Shown: positions 29,852 through 40,507 of the stretch, piece by piece | Layout: the number at the start of each line of letters is the position of its first letter | How positions within the stretch are numbered: position 1 is the stretch's first letter | Source: a virus | Length of the DNA stretch: 64,000 bases | Direction: 5' to 3' (one strand) | Virus record (IMG/VR): IMGVR_UViG_3300005096_000137 | Coordinates: 32,001-96,000 of that record | Notes under the pieces: generated by a model | Told to the model about the DNA's origin: nothing | Databases searched by the model: none | What the model saw: only the letters and a program-made list of their open reading frames with translations | Translations under genes and position numbers: made by a program

Positions 29852-30376
29852 ATGATACCTCGTTCCACATTTGTGTCGCAACCCGCCGTTGCCTTCTCGG
29901 AGTTATTGTCGGCTTGCAACGAGATATTAGATCATTCGGTCACGACTTCCGTGGACAGTACTGTCAAGAAGCTCAGCGATTCCGAGAGATTCCTGTCGAT
30001 ACTGTCTGCGATGCGTGACAAGAATGCCCCCGCCTGTTTACCTCCTCACTTGTTGACGCATATCTCCTTCTCAGTCCTCATACTTTCTAATGAGAATGAT
30101 ATGCTTGACATCTTGGAGGCCTGTGGTGGAATGCCCTTTACCTACGCAGAAACGAAGCGGAGTGGTATCCTGGTAGCTGTAGTGACCGGGAATGTCCAGC
30201 AGTGGCGTGATGCCATTGTGACTGGCACTCAGCACAAACATTCTGAGCTTCGAGAAGGGTTTAATCAGATGCACAATCTCTTTGTAGAGGTTGGTCTGCA
30301 CCAAGTCTGGGAAGACTTTGAACAGAAGCCACAGGATGATGGAACCTACTTACTCGTGGAGTTCAAGCCATCCTAG
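29852..30376 (+). CDS. hypothetical protein, possibly degenerate ThyX-fold
   Basis: HISFSV and VVTGNVQQWR resemble ThyX segments; RHR motif absent. Confidence 0.35.
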   Translation: MIPRSTFVSQPAVAFSELLSACNEILDHSVTTSVDSTVKKLSDSERFLSILSAMRDKNAPACLPPHLLTHISFSVLILSNENDMLDILEACGGMPFTYAETKRSGILVAVVTGNVQQWRDAIVTGTQHKHSELREGFNQMHNLFVEVGLHQVWEDFEQKPQDDGTYLLVEFKPS

Positions 30377-30643
30377 GAACAGATCATTACATTAAGCATA
30401 TACTCACCCTGGTGCCTCTGGCGGTCAAGGTTTCCTTTCGAGGCTGCATCTCTGAGATGAAATATGCTTGGGAGAACACACCTGGTCAACCCGAATCAGA
30501 AGCTGACCGTGCCCACAGGGTCCAGGCAGCACACGACTCCAAGTTTGCTGACATCATGGCAGCCAAAGCCCGTTCCGAACGTATCAAGAATCAAACTAAC
30601 TGAGCCCAAACTAACTGAGCCCAAAATAACTGAGAGCCAATCA

Positions 30644-32698
30644 ATGTCCAAGACCGAACGCCGTATCCTTGAAACCCAATTGTATGTTGACCTAAACGGG
30701 GGTCTCCGAGCCAAGTACCCTGTTACGATGGCAGTTAGTCCTACCACAATTGAATTCCAGAGATCACCCTTCCAGCTCAAGGATGAGATTAAAGCGCTCA
30801 AGGGCGCTAAGTGGATGGGCTTCCACCCCACAGAGCCTAAGAAGGTTTGGACAGCGGATAACTGTGCGAGGAACTGGTTCCAGCTCAAGTACCTAATGGG
30901 GCAGAATCCCTATGAGTGGTTCGACCGCGAGTTGATCAAGCACGAGTTTCGAGACTTTCCCTCTGTTTTGGATAAGAAAGGGAAGCCCTGTAAGCTGATG
31001 AGCCATCAAGCTCACATGGTAAACGTTGGGTTGACCTACCATTACCAGATTTGGGGTGCAGAAATGGGCACGGGCAAAACCTTATCCGCCCAGACCCTCA
31101 TGGAGATGTCTGGTCAGGAAACTTGGTTCTGGGTTGGTCCCCTCAAATCTCTGGAAAACATTGAGCGCGAGTTCGAGAAGTGGGATTGCCCGTTATCCTT
31201 GTGCATTCCAAAGGATGGGGCGAGTCTGTTGTCAGCAGTCCGCGCAAATGAACACAACATCTACATGACCACTTACGAGCGACTTCTCCGGTACATGGCT
31301 ATCAAAGAACCAGATGAGCGTGTTCCCGGTGGTGTTATCTTCGATGAGTCTTCACGTCTGAAGACCCCAACCGCTCAGCGGACGAAGGCTGCCATGCAGC
31401 TCGCCGATGACATTCGCACAGAGTACAAGGAAGACGGTTTTGTCATCCTGATGTCTGGCACCCCCTCGCCGAAGTCCCCCCTAGATTGGTGGAGCCAATG
31501 CGAAATAGCCTGGCCTGGCTACCTGCGGGAGGGTTCCAAAGGTCAGCTCCAAAAGACATTGGCATTCATGGTGTTGCATGAACTCCCGGACAACATCGTC
31601 AATGTTCAGATAGGTTGGAAAGACAACGATAAGAAGTGCGCCAAGTGTGCTGACATGAAGGGTGAGGGTGCCCACGTTTATGATCCAGATAACCCAGATC
31701 AAGACAGGCACGTCTTCGTGAAATCCAAGAACGAAGTCGCATACATGTACGACCGGTTGGCAGGGTTAGCAACCATCATCCACAAGAAGGATGTGCTGGA
31801 CCTTCCGCCAAAGGTCTACGAGATTGACATCTGCGAGCCATCTGCATCAACAATGCGGGTCGCCAAACATCTGGCGGCTTCTGCACCCAATGTGATGACT
31901 GGTATCACCTGGCTACGTGAACTCAGTGATGGCTTTATGTACAAGGAGATTGCTGATGGTGTTCGCCAGTGTCCCACTTGTGCTGGCTCACCTGAGGACG
32001 GGCAAGTTAAGGTCTGGCGAGACCCTGATTCCCCTGGTGAGTGCATCCGCGCGATTGACATGCTTGACCAGGAGTACGTGGATACCCTTGAAGAAGGGTA
32101 TGACACCTGCCCAAGCTGCAAGGGTACTCGACAAGTTCCAAAGAAGACACGGGTTGCCAAGATGGTCCCCTGTCCGAAAGAGAAGGCTCTCAAGAATCGG
32201 CTTGCACAGTGCGAAGAGACAGGTCGGATTGTCATCTTCGCTGGTTTCCAGGGCAGTATTGACCGCATCAAGGGTATCTGCAAGAAGTCCGGCTGGGATG
32301 TGGTCCAGTGTGACGGTCGCGGCTGGCAGGTTATTGATAAGACAGGGAAGAAGGTTCAGACCAACAAGCCTCTAAGCTACTGGGCTGATCGTGAGCACCA
32401 TCAGCAGGTTGCCTTTGTGGCTCACCCTGCATCAGGTGGTTTGAGCCTCAATCTCACTGAAGCACGGATGATTGTGTACTGGTCCAATGACTTCAATCCT
32501 GAGTCCAGATCTCAAAGTGAGGACCGGATCCACAGAAAGGGTATGTCTGAAAACCATGGGGCAAAGATTGTGGACCTCTACCACCTCCCTAGTGACGAAC
32601 ACGTCCACACAGTACTCAAAGCTAATCGGAAGTTGGAGCTTATGACCCTCGGGGAATTGTTCCCTGATGCACCCGAGGTTAAGAAAACCAAGGGCTAA
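30644..32698 (+). CDS. SF2/SNF2-like helicase with CxxC inserts
   Basis: EMGTGKT, IFDESS, MSGTP, GGLSLNLT, QSEDRIHRKG. Confidence 0.85.
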   Translation: MSKTERRILETQLYVDLNGGLRAKYPVTMAVSPTTIEFQRSPFQLKDEIKALKGAKWMGFHPTEPKKVWTADNCARNWFQLKYLMGQNPYEWFDRELIKHEFRDFPSVLDKKGKPCKLMSHQAHMVNVGLTYHYQIWGAEMGTGKTLSAQTLMEMSGQETWFWVGPLKSLENIEREFEKWDCPLSLCIPKDGASLLSAVRANEHNIYMTTYERLLRYMAIKEPDERVPGGVIFDESSRLKTPTAQRTKAAMQLADDIRTEYKEDGFVILMSGTPSPKSPLDWWSQCEIAWPGYLREGSKGQLQKTLAFMVLHELPDNIVNVQIGWKDNDKKCAKCADMKGEGAHVYDPDNPDQDRHVFVKSKNEVAYMYDRLAGLATIIHKKDVLDLPPKVYEIDICEPSASTMRVAKHLAASAPNVMTGITWLRELSDGFMYKEIADGVRQCPTCAGSPEDGQVKVWRDPDSPGECIRAIDMLDQEYVDTLEEGYDTCPSCKGTRQVPKKTRVAKMVPCPKEKALKNRLAQCEETGRIVIFAGFQGSIDRIKGICKKSGWDVVQCDGRGWQVIDKTGKKVQTNKPLSYWADREHHQQVAFVAHPASGGLSLNLTEARMIVYWSNDFNPESRSQSEDRIHRKGMSENHGAKIVDLYHLPSDEHVHTVLKANRKLELMTLGELFPDAPEVKKTKG

Positions 32699-32703
32699 GA
32701 AAC

Positions 32704-34086
32704 TTGAACAATCTGGGGGAAATAGTCCCACCTCAAAGTGATTTCGACTATACTGGAAGTAGTCCAATACTACATAAAAAGGAACATCGCTTGACACTGA
32801 AACTGACCAAAAGACGTGCTACATCCCTCAAGAGGGACATTGCCGCCGGGACCAAGTCCTTGCAAGCCCTGGCCAACAAATACAAGGTATCCAGGGGTTT
32901 GGTGTCGGACATCGCCAACGAACGTACCCGTACGGATGTCCCATGGCCCGAGGACTATGAGCCCGCGTTGAATAAGAAGGGTGGTCAGCGGAAGAAGATA
33001 CTACATGATCCCACCGACGCACGGGTTCTGGAGCTGGAGGCAGAGGTCATTCATCTCAATGATGAGAAGAACCTGCTCAAGCGGCAAGCCAAGGCAGCGA
33101 CAAAGACCAGTGGTCTTTATAAAGCAGCTTGTGACGTTGTGTCCGAGAATCTGATCCCTATGAAGGCACTGCCAGTTCAACGTAAACGGGGTGCCCAACA
33201 AGACATCATTGAGGAAGATTTGGTTCTCCACCTCAGTGATGGTCACCATGACCAGGTGGTTCGGAAGGAAGAGACCGGCGACTTGGAGGAGTACAACTTC
33301 CCCATCTCCTGTGCGAGGGCAGAACGCCTCGTGGACACGGTCATCGAACACAGTCAAGGGCACTTGCCCAATTACCGATTCCGTAGGTTATGGATTCTTG
33401 CCAATGGCGATCATACCAGCGGCGAGATCCATGGTCACGAGAAGCGATCCTACTTCAAGAATCAGATGAAGAACACACTGGCTATTGGTCAGCTTCATGC
33501 TTTGATGATTCGCGACTTGGCTCCGTATTTCGACCAAGTGAATTGTGTCTATACACCAGGTAACCATGGACGTCGGACACTAAAGAAAGACCATTATGGT
33601 GCCCACGAGAATTGGGACTACATGGTAGCCAAAGTGACGGAACTCCATTGTGCCAAGCTGCGGAATGTAGCGTTCAAGATTCCAAATGCCTTTTCCGTCA
33701 ACCTGGACATCTGTGGACATGGTTTCCACCTCTGCCATGGTGATGACGTCAAAGGCTCCCTAGGTATTCCGTTCTACGGGATGGTCCGTAAACAGAAGAA
33801 CCTGATGGCGTTAAACGCTATCTCAGGGGGTACTCGTATCCGTTACTTCTGTATGGGACATCACCACGTCCAAGCCAGTATGGCTGATTTGGATGGTGAA
33901 CTGCTGGTCAATGGCGCCTGGCTCGGGAATGACCCATACAGCTACAATTCCTTCTCTGGCTATCGGGCACCTACCCAACTCCTCCATGGGGTACACAAGA
34001 AACACGGAGTTACCTGGAGACTCCCCATTGGTCTCAAGCATGACGCAGAGAGTAAGGGTCCAAAACGTTACAAGGTGAGTATTTGA
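32704..34086 (+). CDS. calcineurin-like metallophosphoesterase with N-terminal HTH/coiled coil
   Basis: LSDGH, NGD, PGNHG, HGD, MGHHH motifs. Confidence 0.8.
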   Translation: MNNLGEIVPPQSDFDYTGSSPILHKKEHRLTLKLTKRRATSLKRDIAAGTKSLQALANKYKVSRGLVSDIANERTRTDVPWPEDYEPALNKKGGQRKKILHDPTDARVLELEAEVIHLNDEKNLLKRQAKAATKTSGLYKAACDVVSENLIPMKALPVQRKRGAQQDIIEEDLVLHLSDGHHDQVVRKEETGDLEEYNFPISCARAERLVDTVIEHSQGHLPNYRFRRLWILANGDHTSGEIHGHEKRSYFKNQMKNTLAIGQLHALMIRDLAPYFDQVNCVYTPGNHGRRTLKKDHYGAHENWDYMVAKVTELHCAKLRNVAFKIPNAFSVNLDICGHGFHLCHGDDVKGSLGIPFYGMVRKQKNLMALNAISGGTRIRYFCMGHHHVQASMADLDGELLVNGAWLGNDPYSYNSFSGYRAPTQLLHGVHKKHGVTWRLPIGLKHDAESKGPKRYKVSI

Positions 34087-34451
34087 ACAACCCGAGCCCA
34101 CCCAGATTTGAACACCCAGACCAAGACTGTATTGATGCAGTCTTGGTTCATAGTGGCGGGTACCCACATTTCGTCTCCCTCTTTGAAGAGCCCGTGACTC
34201 GTGGTGCCCACAGCTTTATTACAACCAAACTCTCGGTGAGGTGGAAGGGTGACCTTCCAAACCACTGGTCTGGTAAGGGTGGATCATTCAAGTGGCATCG
34301 GGTATTCACTACTCTCAAACCCGTGACAGTGGTGGGCGTTGCACTAGAAGGGGCTGTGATCCAAGATGGTGATAGCCATCGATTGGCTGGCCCTGATGAA
34401 ATGTTGTACAACTCCAAAGCTTCCTACCCCTGTTACCTATAGAGGACAACC

Positions 34452-35231
34452 ATGCTGCTAAGGTATCCAGGTGGGAAAAGTCGAGGACCTCTCTGCAAAC
34501 GGATTGTGGACTTGGTGGGCACAAAGTATGAAGGTGGGCTCTTTTCGGAGCCCTTCTTCGGTGGCGGTGGGATTACCTTTCGGCTCCTGAAAGACGGCAT
34601 GGTGGACCGGGTACTGATCAATGACCTCGACCGCCCACTCGCCAACTTATGGAATTTGGCGATTTACCGGCCATCCCACCTGTGCCGTCTCATCAATCTC
34701 TTCAGACCATCCGTCGAAAGCTTTCTGAGCTGTAAGAAAGCCATTTTGGACGAAATGCCTTATGATTTAGGTTTTGAGATGCTAGTGGTGAATCGACTCT
34801 CACACGCGGGTCGGGGTGTCAAGGCAGGTCCTCAGGGTGGGCTAAAGCAGTCGGGGAAGTACAAGATTGACTGCCGGTGGAATCCCACCACCCTGGTAAA
34901 TAATGTGTGGAAGGTCCACAATCTGTTCCTCCCACTGGAGTCTGGTGGGTGCCAGAACGCAAGTTACGAAGAGTTCTTAACGCAACCAGTGGGTCTTCAC
35001 TATTTGGATCCACCCTACTGGGAAGTTGGAGAGGAACTCTATCCGCAAGCATTCACGGAAGAGCAACACACTGAACTTCGCGACAGGCTCATCAAGTGTC
35101 CAAACTGGATTCTGTCCTATAACAATCACCCAGCTATCCGGGAATTGTACAAGGGGTTTAATATGGAAACCCTGGGTACCTCCGGAAATGGTGGGGAGAA
35201 AGCTAAGAGTGAACTACTGATATGGAATTGA
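34452..35231 (+). CDS. dam: DNA adenine methyltransferase (Dam/D12 family)
   Basis: LRYPGGKS, EPFFGGG, INDLD, YLDPPY. Confidence 0.85.
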   Translation: MLLRYPGGKSRGPLCKRIVDLVGTKYEGGLFSEPFFGGGGITFRLLKDGMVDRVLINDLDRPLANLWNLAIYRPSHLCRLINLFRPSVESFLSCKKAILDEMPYDLGFEMLVVNRLSHAGRGVKAGPQGGLKQSGKYKIDCRWNPTTLVNNVWKVHNLFLPLESGGCQNASYEEFLTQPVGLHYLDPPYWEVGEELYPQAFTEEQHTELRDRLIKCPNWILSYNNHPAIRELYKGFNMETLGTSGNGGEKAKSELLIWN

Positions 35232-35902
35232 ATGTGATCACAACTCCCATGACGCTCCCTGATGAAGCAAATAATAAGGTGAATGCTGATTGCCGTTCCT
35301 TCACAGAATCAATGGAGGGTAAGGGGCAGTCCCTGGAGTACTACGAAGAGAATCGAGCTGCCTGGGACCCCTGGTATGATGTCTTTGTGGGTAAGAAAGC
35401 AGAGTACTTTGCCAGCCTCTACATGACATACAAGAAGGACTACCCATTGGTGTACCCAGATGTGTCGGTCCGTCAAGGATACCGGAAGGGGTGGGGCTTT
35501 GATTTAACATACGAAGACCTTCCCTCCGTGCATGTCAAGTCTTGTACTCAGCGGACAATCGATAGTGTTGGTGACTACAGTTGGACATGGCAGTGGAAGA
35601 ATCAACATGATGACGGCGGTCGGGACAGGGTATTTACGCAAGAAGAGCCTGGTCTTGTGGTCTGTGTGTTTCTCCCGAGTCTATCTGCACCTACTGCGGA
35701 TATTAAATTGGTGCTGCCCACTGAGATGATGTTGGAGAAGGTCCGGGATCCAAAGAGCACAACACACATCGGTTTTAAGAAGTGCTTGTATTTTGCTGAT
35801 TTCAGTAACGACCCACTTCCACCCCGATACAAAGACATTTGCAATAGTCCCACACTATCCAGTGCTGATCTCGATGCAATGATTGGAGGACTCGGCGTAT
35901 GA
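35222..35902 (+). CDS. hypothetical protein, possible PD-(D/E)xK nuclease
   Basis: GKKAE...FDL...VHVKS pattern. Confidence 0.35.
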   Translation: MELNVITTPMTLPDEANNKVNADCRSFTESMEGKGQSLEYYEENRAAWDPWYDVFVGKKAEYFASLYMTYKKDYPLVYPDVSVRQGYRKGWGFDLTYEDLPSVHVKSCTQRTIDSVGDYSWTWQWKNQHDDGGRDRVFTQEEPGLVVCVFLPSLSAPTADIKLVLPTEMMLEKVRDPKSTTHIGFKKCLYFADFSNDPLPPRYKDICNSPTLSSADLDAMIGGLGV

Positions 35903-36690
35903 CACTATCCCGCCGAAAACTACTCAAGGGCCTTGGGCTCAGCGGATTGAGCCTGGCTGTCTGTGTGGGTACGAAAATGACCCTCCCCATAGCTCAGTCG
36001 GAATCCCCCGACCCAACCCCTGAACCAACTCCTGAACCAACTTCTAAGAAGGGGTCTCGGGGGTCCATCAAGGAAATAGAAGCCCACATCGACGACTGCT
36101 GCATACCAAAGGCAACGCCCAAGCCGTCAATTGACGAACTTGTCGTGGACCACCTCGACCATAGTTTGGTGTCTCAGGAGACTGTGAACCAGGTTGTGAA
36201 GCAAGGTATTGAGGACACCAGGGCGGACCGGGAGCAGGGTCTTGAAGAGCTGGCGAAGCAGATCACACTGGTGGCGGAGCAGCAGGCATGCGAATGGGAG
36301 CAGAAGAAACATGAGTGGGAGCGACGTCGGGACCAGGAACGTCAGATGCAGTATCAAAGCAGTCAGTACCATACCAGGAGGTACCCACAACCTGATGGAC
36401 CTGATGGACCTGATCCACATGGTTTTCACTATGAAGAAATGGGATCAATTGATACCGTGTTGGGGCAACGCTTCACTACGTGTCAAGCGCCCCTATTTGA
36501 CATTAACTGCTTTCGTGATGACTCCGTACGGATGCTCCCTAACACCTACAAGGAATACTTTGTACGAAAGGTGGTCACGATTGTCGGCGAATCGGCGTGG
36601 GGTCCAGTCGTAGAGGATGAGTCGGTCCCTTGTGGGTATCGAGTTGCTTATCCAACTGAAATGGGTTTAGAAAGTGAGTACACACGGTGA
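35899..36690 (+). CDS. twin-arginine signal protein
   Basis: MTLSRRKLLKGLGLSGLSLAV. Confidence 0.6.
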   Translation: MTLSRRKLLKGLGLSGLSLAVCVGTKMTLPIAQSESPDPTPEPTPEPTSKKGSRGSIKEIEAHIDDCCIPKATPKPSIDELVVDHLDHSLVSQETVNQVVKQGIEDTRADREQGLEELAKQITLVAEQQACEWEQKKHEWERRRDQERQMQYQSSQYHTRRYPQPDGPDGPDPHGFHYEEMGSIDTVLGQRFTTCQAPLFDINCFRDDSVRMLPNTYKEYFVRKVVTIVGESAWGPVVEDESVPCGYRVAYPTEMGLESEYTR

Positions 36691-36929
36691 TACGTCGACG
36701 AATTTACAATGAGATGCCCGACATTGGAAAGGATTCTCCAATTGTCACCCTCCAGTCAGCCCCAATTGTCAAAGACACCGAATGTGTCTTTCTATGTGGG
36801 AACCTCCAGGTCCGGGGTCCCGAACAGGACTACGTCATTGATACAGAGACCGGGGTAATTACTTTCAATTTCAATTTGAAGAATGAACCAGGTCAACGTG
36901 ATACTGTGGCGGTTAGTTATAATCCCTGA
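36687..36929 (+). CDS. small beta-rich protein (virion-type domain)
   Basis: VFLCGNLQ...DYVIDTETGVITF...VAVSY. Confidence 0.45.
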   Translation: MIRRRIYNEMPDIGKDSPIVTLQSAPIVKDTECVFLCGNLQVRGPEQDYVIDTETGVITFNFNLKNEPGQRDTVAVSYNP

Positions 36930-37218
36930 GGACTGATCAGTAGTCCTTACATTCAAGAGGTAAATAAACTGTGACCAACCAGCGTGACATACCAACAGGC
37001 TCGGAATCTCACGTCATGTTGTTCCCCGACCCCATTCAGGTAAATGCAGGTGAGACATTAACGGTAGTTTATACCGTTGGTTTTGGTCCTGAGTGTCAGG
37101 GTGGGGCAGTGTGTCGCCTTGAGGGTGCTAGGGTTACATCTGAAAGCGGACTTGTTGTCCAAGACTTCGATTATCTAAATGGTTTATGATTAGAGAAACT
37201 TTCCAGTAAGGTATCCAA

Positions 37219-37986
37219 ATGACAATTTCACGACGTGGTATGCTACGGGCTCTAGGGCTGGGTGGTGCAGGGCTGGCACTTGGGGCTCACAAGGGGTTGG
37301 CTAATCTACCTGCCCTGGTTGATGCAGGTTCAGATACAAAAGACTTACCTCAGACCCTCGAAGCGATCCAGGACCTCGCGGACGCGGCAGAGGTGTGTTC
37401 TACAAATATGGGCAAGGCTTGGAAGCCCATTAAGTTCCGGAATGAGACACAACTCCCACCCGAGTCTATTCTTCCTGATTCCCCAATCAGCTTTCACATC
37501 CCAGATGCTGATAAGTCCAAGGCGCTCCAGGGACTTGTGGATGACTATCTCATCCCAGGGTTGAAATACCCGAAAACGACTCACCATGACCGGCATCTGC
37601 TAATGACGTTCTCCACACCGGTTGCTGTTGATACCGGGGACAGAATCAATGCCACCTTCCCAGGCGGGAAGCGCAACTTCGATATCCTCGCCAGAATCAC
37701 AGCCATTGGTGTGACGTGTGCTGGTGAACTGGCGATTGACGATGAAAGTGCCGATGGTGGCGTAAGGGTGGCCCGTTGTTCGGAAGTCACATCAGGAACA
37801 CTCCAGGCGTCTGATGACCCCAAAATGGATGTGGCTCTCGCTAATTTCAACCGGCTGGGTGCCGAGAACTTGACACCCGGAGAATGGATGCTACTGTATA
37901 GTAGGGCTCCGGGTATTCTGGATCCCTTTCATCCTAGTAACTTTCCTAATTCCAAGACTCTCGGCGAATTTGACGAGCGTTACTAA
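37219..37986 (+). CDS. twin-arginine signal protein
   Basis: MTISRRGMLRALGLGGAGLALG. Confidence 0.6.
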   Translation: MTISRRGMLRALGLGGAGLALGAHKGLANLPALVDAGSDTKDLPQTLEAIQDLADAAEVCSTNMGKAWKPIKFRNETQLPPESILPDSPISFHIPDADKSKALQGLVDDYLIPGLKYPKTTHHDRHLLMTFSTPVAVDTGDRINATFPGGKRNFDILARITAIGVTCAGELAIDDESADGGVRVARCSEVTSGTLQASDDPKMDVALANFNRLGAENLTPGEWMLLYSRAPGILDPFHPSNFPNSKTLGEFDERY

Positions 37987-38519
37987 TGTACACAATCACC
38001 CATGATGATCACCGCGCACACTACCTGGCAATGCCTCGGACAGGTTCCAAGGCTGTCCGGGATGCGTTCCGTTCTGTAGTTGGCTGTCGGACGGATGGGC
38101 ACCATTGTCTTGATGACTTCAAGCGGATGGTGTTTCCTGGTGACCTAGTGATGTCCACCGTGAGAAATCCATTTGATTGGTTTGTCTCATTCTGGTACCT
38201 CAATGGATGTCCTGGTAAGTTCGACCGGTTTGTGCCCAAACTCTGTGACACATCCGAGTGGATCAAACGGAATGCTGACGTTACGGAGTGCCGGTTGTTC
38301 TGGAAGTATGCACCCCTCTCCACTCATATCCTCCGGTACGAATATCTCCAGGATGACCTGGATACTGCCCTCATACTCAATGGATTCCCGGAGATGCCTC
38401 TCAAGCAGAATGGAACTCCTAAACCCAGACCCTATCAAACTTACTACAAGCGGTTGACACGAGACTACGTTCAGTCTCGCTTTGCTGCTGAAATCAAGGA
38501 ATATGGATACCAGTTTTGA
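37986..38519 (+). CDS. sulfotransferase family protein
   Basis: MPRTGSKA (5'-PSB loop), VRNPFDWFVS (3'-PB), ILRYEYLQDD, YGYQF end. Confidence 0.75.
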   Translation: MYTITHDDHRAHYLAMPRTGSKAVRDAFRSVVGCRTDGHHCLDDFKRMVFPGDLVMSTVRNPFDWFVSFWYLNGCPGKFDRFVPKLCDTSEWIKRNADVTECRLFWKYAPLSTHILRYEYLQDDLDTALILNGFPEMPLKQNGTPKPRPYQTYYKRLTRDYVQSRFAAEIKEYGYQF

Positions 38520-39076
38520 CAGTCGTTAACCACAAATACAAGTACGTGTTCTTCCATGAGCCACACACTGGTGGTCGCTCGGTGGAGCAGTCTCTCATGC
38601 AGCACGAGGGTAGCCACAACTGCAACGGTGAGCACCACATTAGTGTACCCAGTATGCTGACGAAGGGGTTCATTACTCAGGACCAGCTCGAAGCATACAC
38701 CACCTTTCGAGTCGTTCGACATCCCCTCGATTGGTTGATGACCTGTTGGCTGAGGGTTCGACAACCTCACCAGACGCTGACTTTCTGGGATTGGCTCCAG
38801 CACTACGGTAAGCTCCAGATGATGGAGAGTCCAAAAGGGCGGACTCTGTTCTGGCGTTACCAGGGGCATGCCTTTGAGACCTTTAACTTGGAAGGGATTA
38901 CTCCCGATTTGACCATGTACCTTACCCGGTATACTGGCTGCCCCCAGTTCACCGTGGGCACAGTAGGCAAGACTGAAGATAAACCGAATTGGAGGGATGT
39001 ACTGACGGTTACCCAGCACTGGCAGGCTATCCAGATGTATCCTGATATCCAATACTACGGGTACAAATACTCATGA
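38516..39076 (+). CDS. sulfotransferase family protein (paralog)
   Basis: VNHKYKYVFFHEPHTGGRSVE, VVRHPLDWL, DIQYYGY. Confidence 0.75.
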   Translation: MTVVNHKYKYVFFHEPHTGGRSVEQSLMQHEGSHNCNGEHHISVPSMLTKGFITQDQLEAYTTFRVVRHPLDWLMTCWLRVRQPHQTLTFWDWLQHYGKLQMMESPKGRTLFWRYQGHAFETFNLEGITPDLTMYLTRYTGCPQFTVGTVGKTEDKPNWRDVLTVTQHWQAIQMYPDIQYYGYKYS

Positions 39077-39633
39077 GTCTAAGACACAGAAACGTGGACA
39101 TAAGCAACCCGCCGGTTCTCCGTAGTCAATTGACTAATGCGTTCTCTGTAGGTAGATGGGAAGCCCGGTGTACCAAGAAGTGGCTGGAAACAGAAGAGGC
39201 TGTCGACGGGACCACCCTAGCACTACCTATTTGGCACTGGATGGGAAACTGCCTGTACTCTGGGTACCAAACCCTCCAGGCAGATGACGAAGTTCGGGTG
39301 TCCTGCCCAAAGTCTGGGGATCACCTTGCGGTTCAGATTACGGACCCGAGCACCTTCATGTGGTGTCAGAAAGTCCCAGATGAACCATGGACATTAACCC
39401 AGATATGTGGCAGCCTCAAGGGGCACCAGATGTCAACGATTCACTTGGCGGTGCATATCCAGTGTGACCAAGATATTCAGAGTGATCTCTGGTGGGCAGG
39501 CTTGGATATTGCCCCTGACCTCAATATGACCATTGATGGTAAATGCTATTGGTTCCCATACTTCCAAGGTTCATTGACACCTGTGGTGGGTGGGAGCTAC
39601 CTTCTTCAGGGCAATTCCAAACCCTATATGTAA
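39073..39633 (+). CDS. hypothetical protein
   Basis: 186-aa ORF, ATGA coupling. Confidence 0.55.
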   Translation: MSLRHRNVDISNPPVLRSQLTNAFSVGRWEARCTKKWLETEEAVDGTTLALPIWHWMGNCLYSGYQTLQADDEVRVSCPKSGDHLAVQITDPSTFMWCQKVPDEPWTLTQICGSLKGHQMSTIHLAVHIQCDQDIQSDLWWAGLDIAPDLNMTIDGKCYWFPYFQGSLTPVVGGSYLLQGNSKPYM

Positions 39634-39871
39634 GGAACTGATTTGAATTACCCCAGGTATACCAAACCTCTTGTGACTTATGATATAAGACCTAGCCATA
39701 CCTTCCTGTGTGGACCTGATTGGTTTACCTTTGCTTGGTTCACAGTCCAGGAACGTCTTGTCTACCCACCACAGTGCTCAATGATAATTGATGAGCGGTC
39801 GTGCTTCTTCTCTGATGAGTTTCACCTCTGCCGGGAGTTCTCTGAGATTGTTCTTTGAAAGGAACTAATTT

Positions 39872-40507
39872 GTGTTGAATCGACGTGACTTGTTAAAGAT
39901 GTTCGGCGTGGGGGCAGTCTCAGCCACCATCCCAGCATCCCTCTCTCGGGCTGTGGTTCCTAAGAACGAGATTGTTGAGGTGCCTTGGCAGGAACCTCCT
40001 GAGGCGGCACCCTTTGGGTTCGCTGACCCTCCCCCGAAACCAGATGAACTGGATGACCTGGTTGAGAACCTGCCCGTCCCGGCTCCCGTCGATGCAGTTC
40101 ATGAGAGCCTCAGGGGTCAGGGGTTAGTCAGGCTGGATGAACATGGTGTGGTTACGTTTCACAACACCAATACTGACGAGAAGGTACATCTCAAAATACA
40201 CGAGGGTTCCATGGCCTATGGGCAAAGTATGGATGTGCAGTTTAGTCATGACCGAGGTCGACTGACTGTGCCGAATGCCAGCCATGGTCCCCTAGAGGTC
40301 AGTTTGTACGCACGTATTGCAGAAGTGGTCTCCCCTAACCCTGGTTGGCTTCAGACAATTCGGAGTGCAGGTCCAGAGGGCCTGGATATGATCATCTCGT
40401 TGCCGAACTCTGACCTACTGGTACTGTTTTCCAGGTTGGTGTACCAGTCGATGTCTCTCGACCCCAAAGAAGGGCTATTTGAAATTGAAGGGGTATGCTA
40501 CAATTGA
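39872..40507 (+). CDS. twin-arginine signal protein
   Basis: LNRRDLLKMFGVGAVSA. Confidence 0.6.
   Translation: MLNRRDLLKMFGVGAVSATIPASLSRAVVPKNEIVEVPWQEPPEAAPFGFADPPPKPDELDDLVENLPVPAPVDAVHESLRGQGLVRLDEHGVVTFHNTNTDEKVHLKIHEGSMAYGQSMDVQFSHDRGRLTVPNASHGPLEVSLYARIAEVVSPNPGWLQTIRSAGPEGLDMIISLPNSDLLVLFSRLVYQSMSLDPKEGLFEIEGVCYN

Noticed and set aside
34452-35902. Dam plus downstream ORF as a restriction-modification system
   Set aside because: Nuclease motif is too weak, and orphan Dam methylases are common in phages
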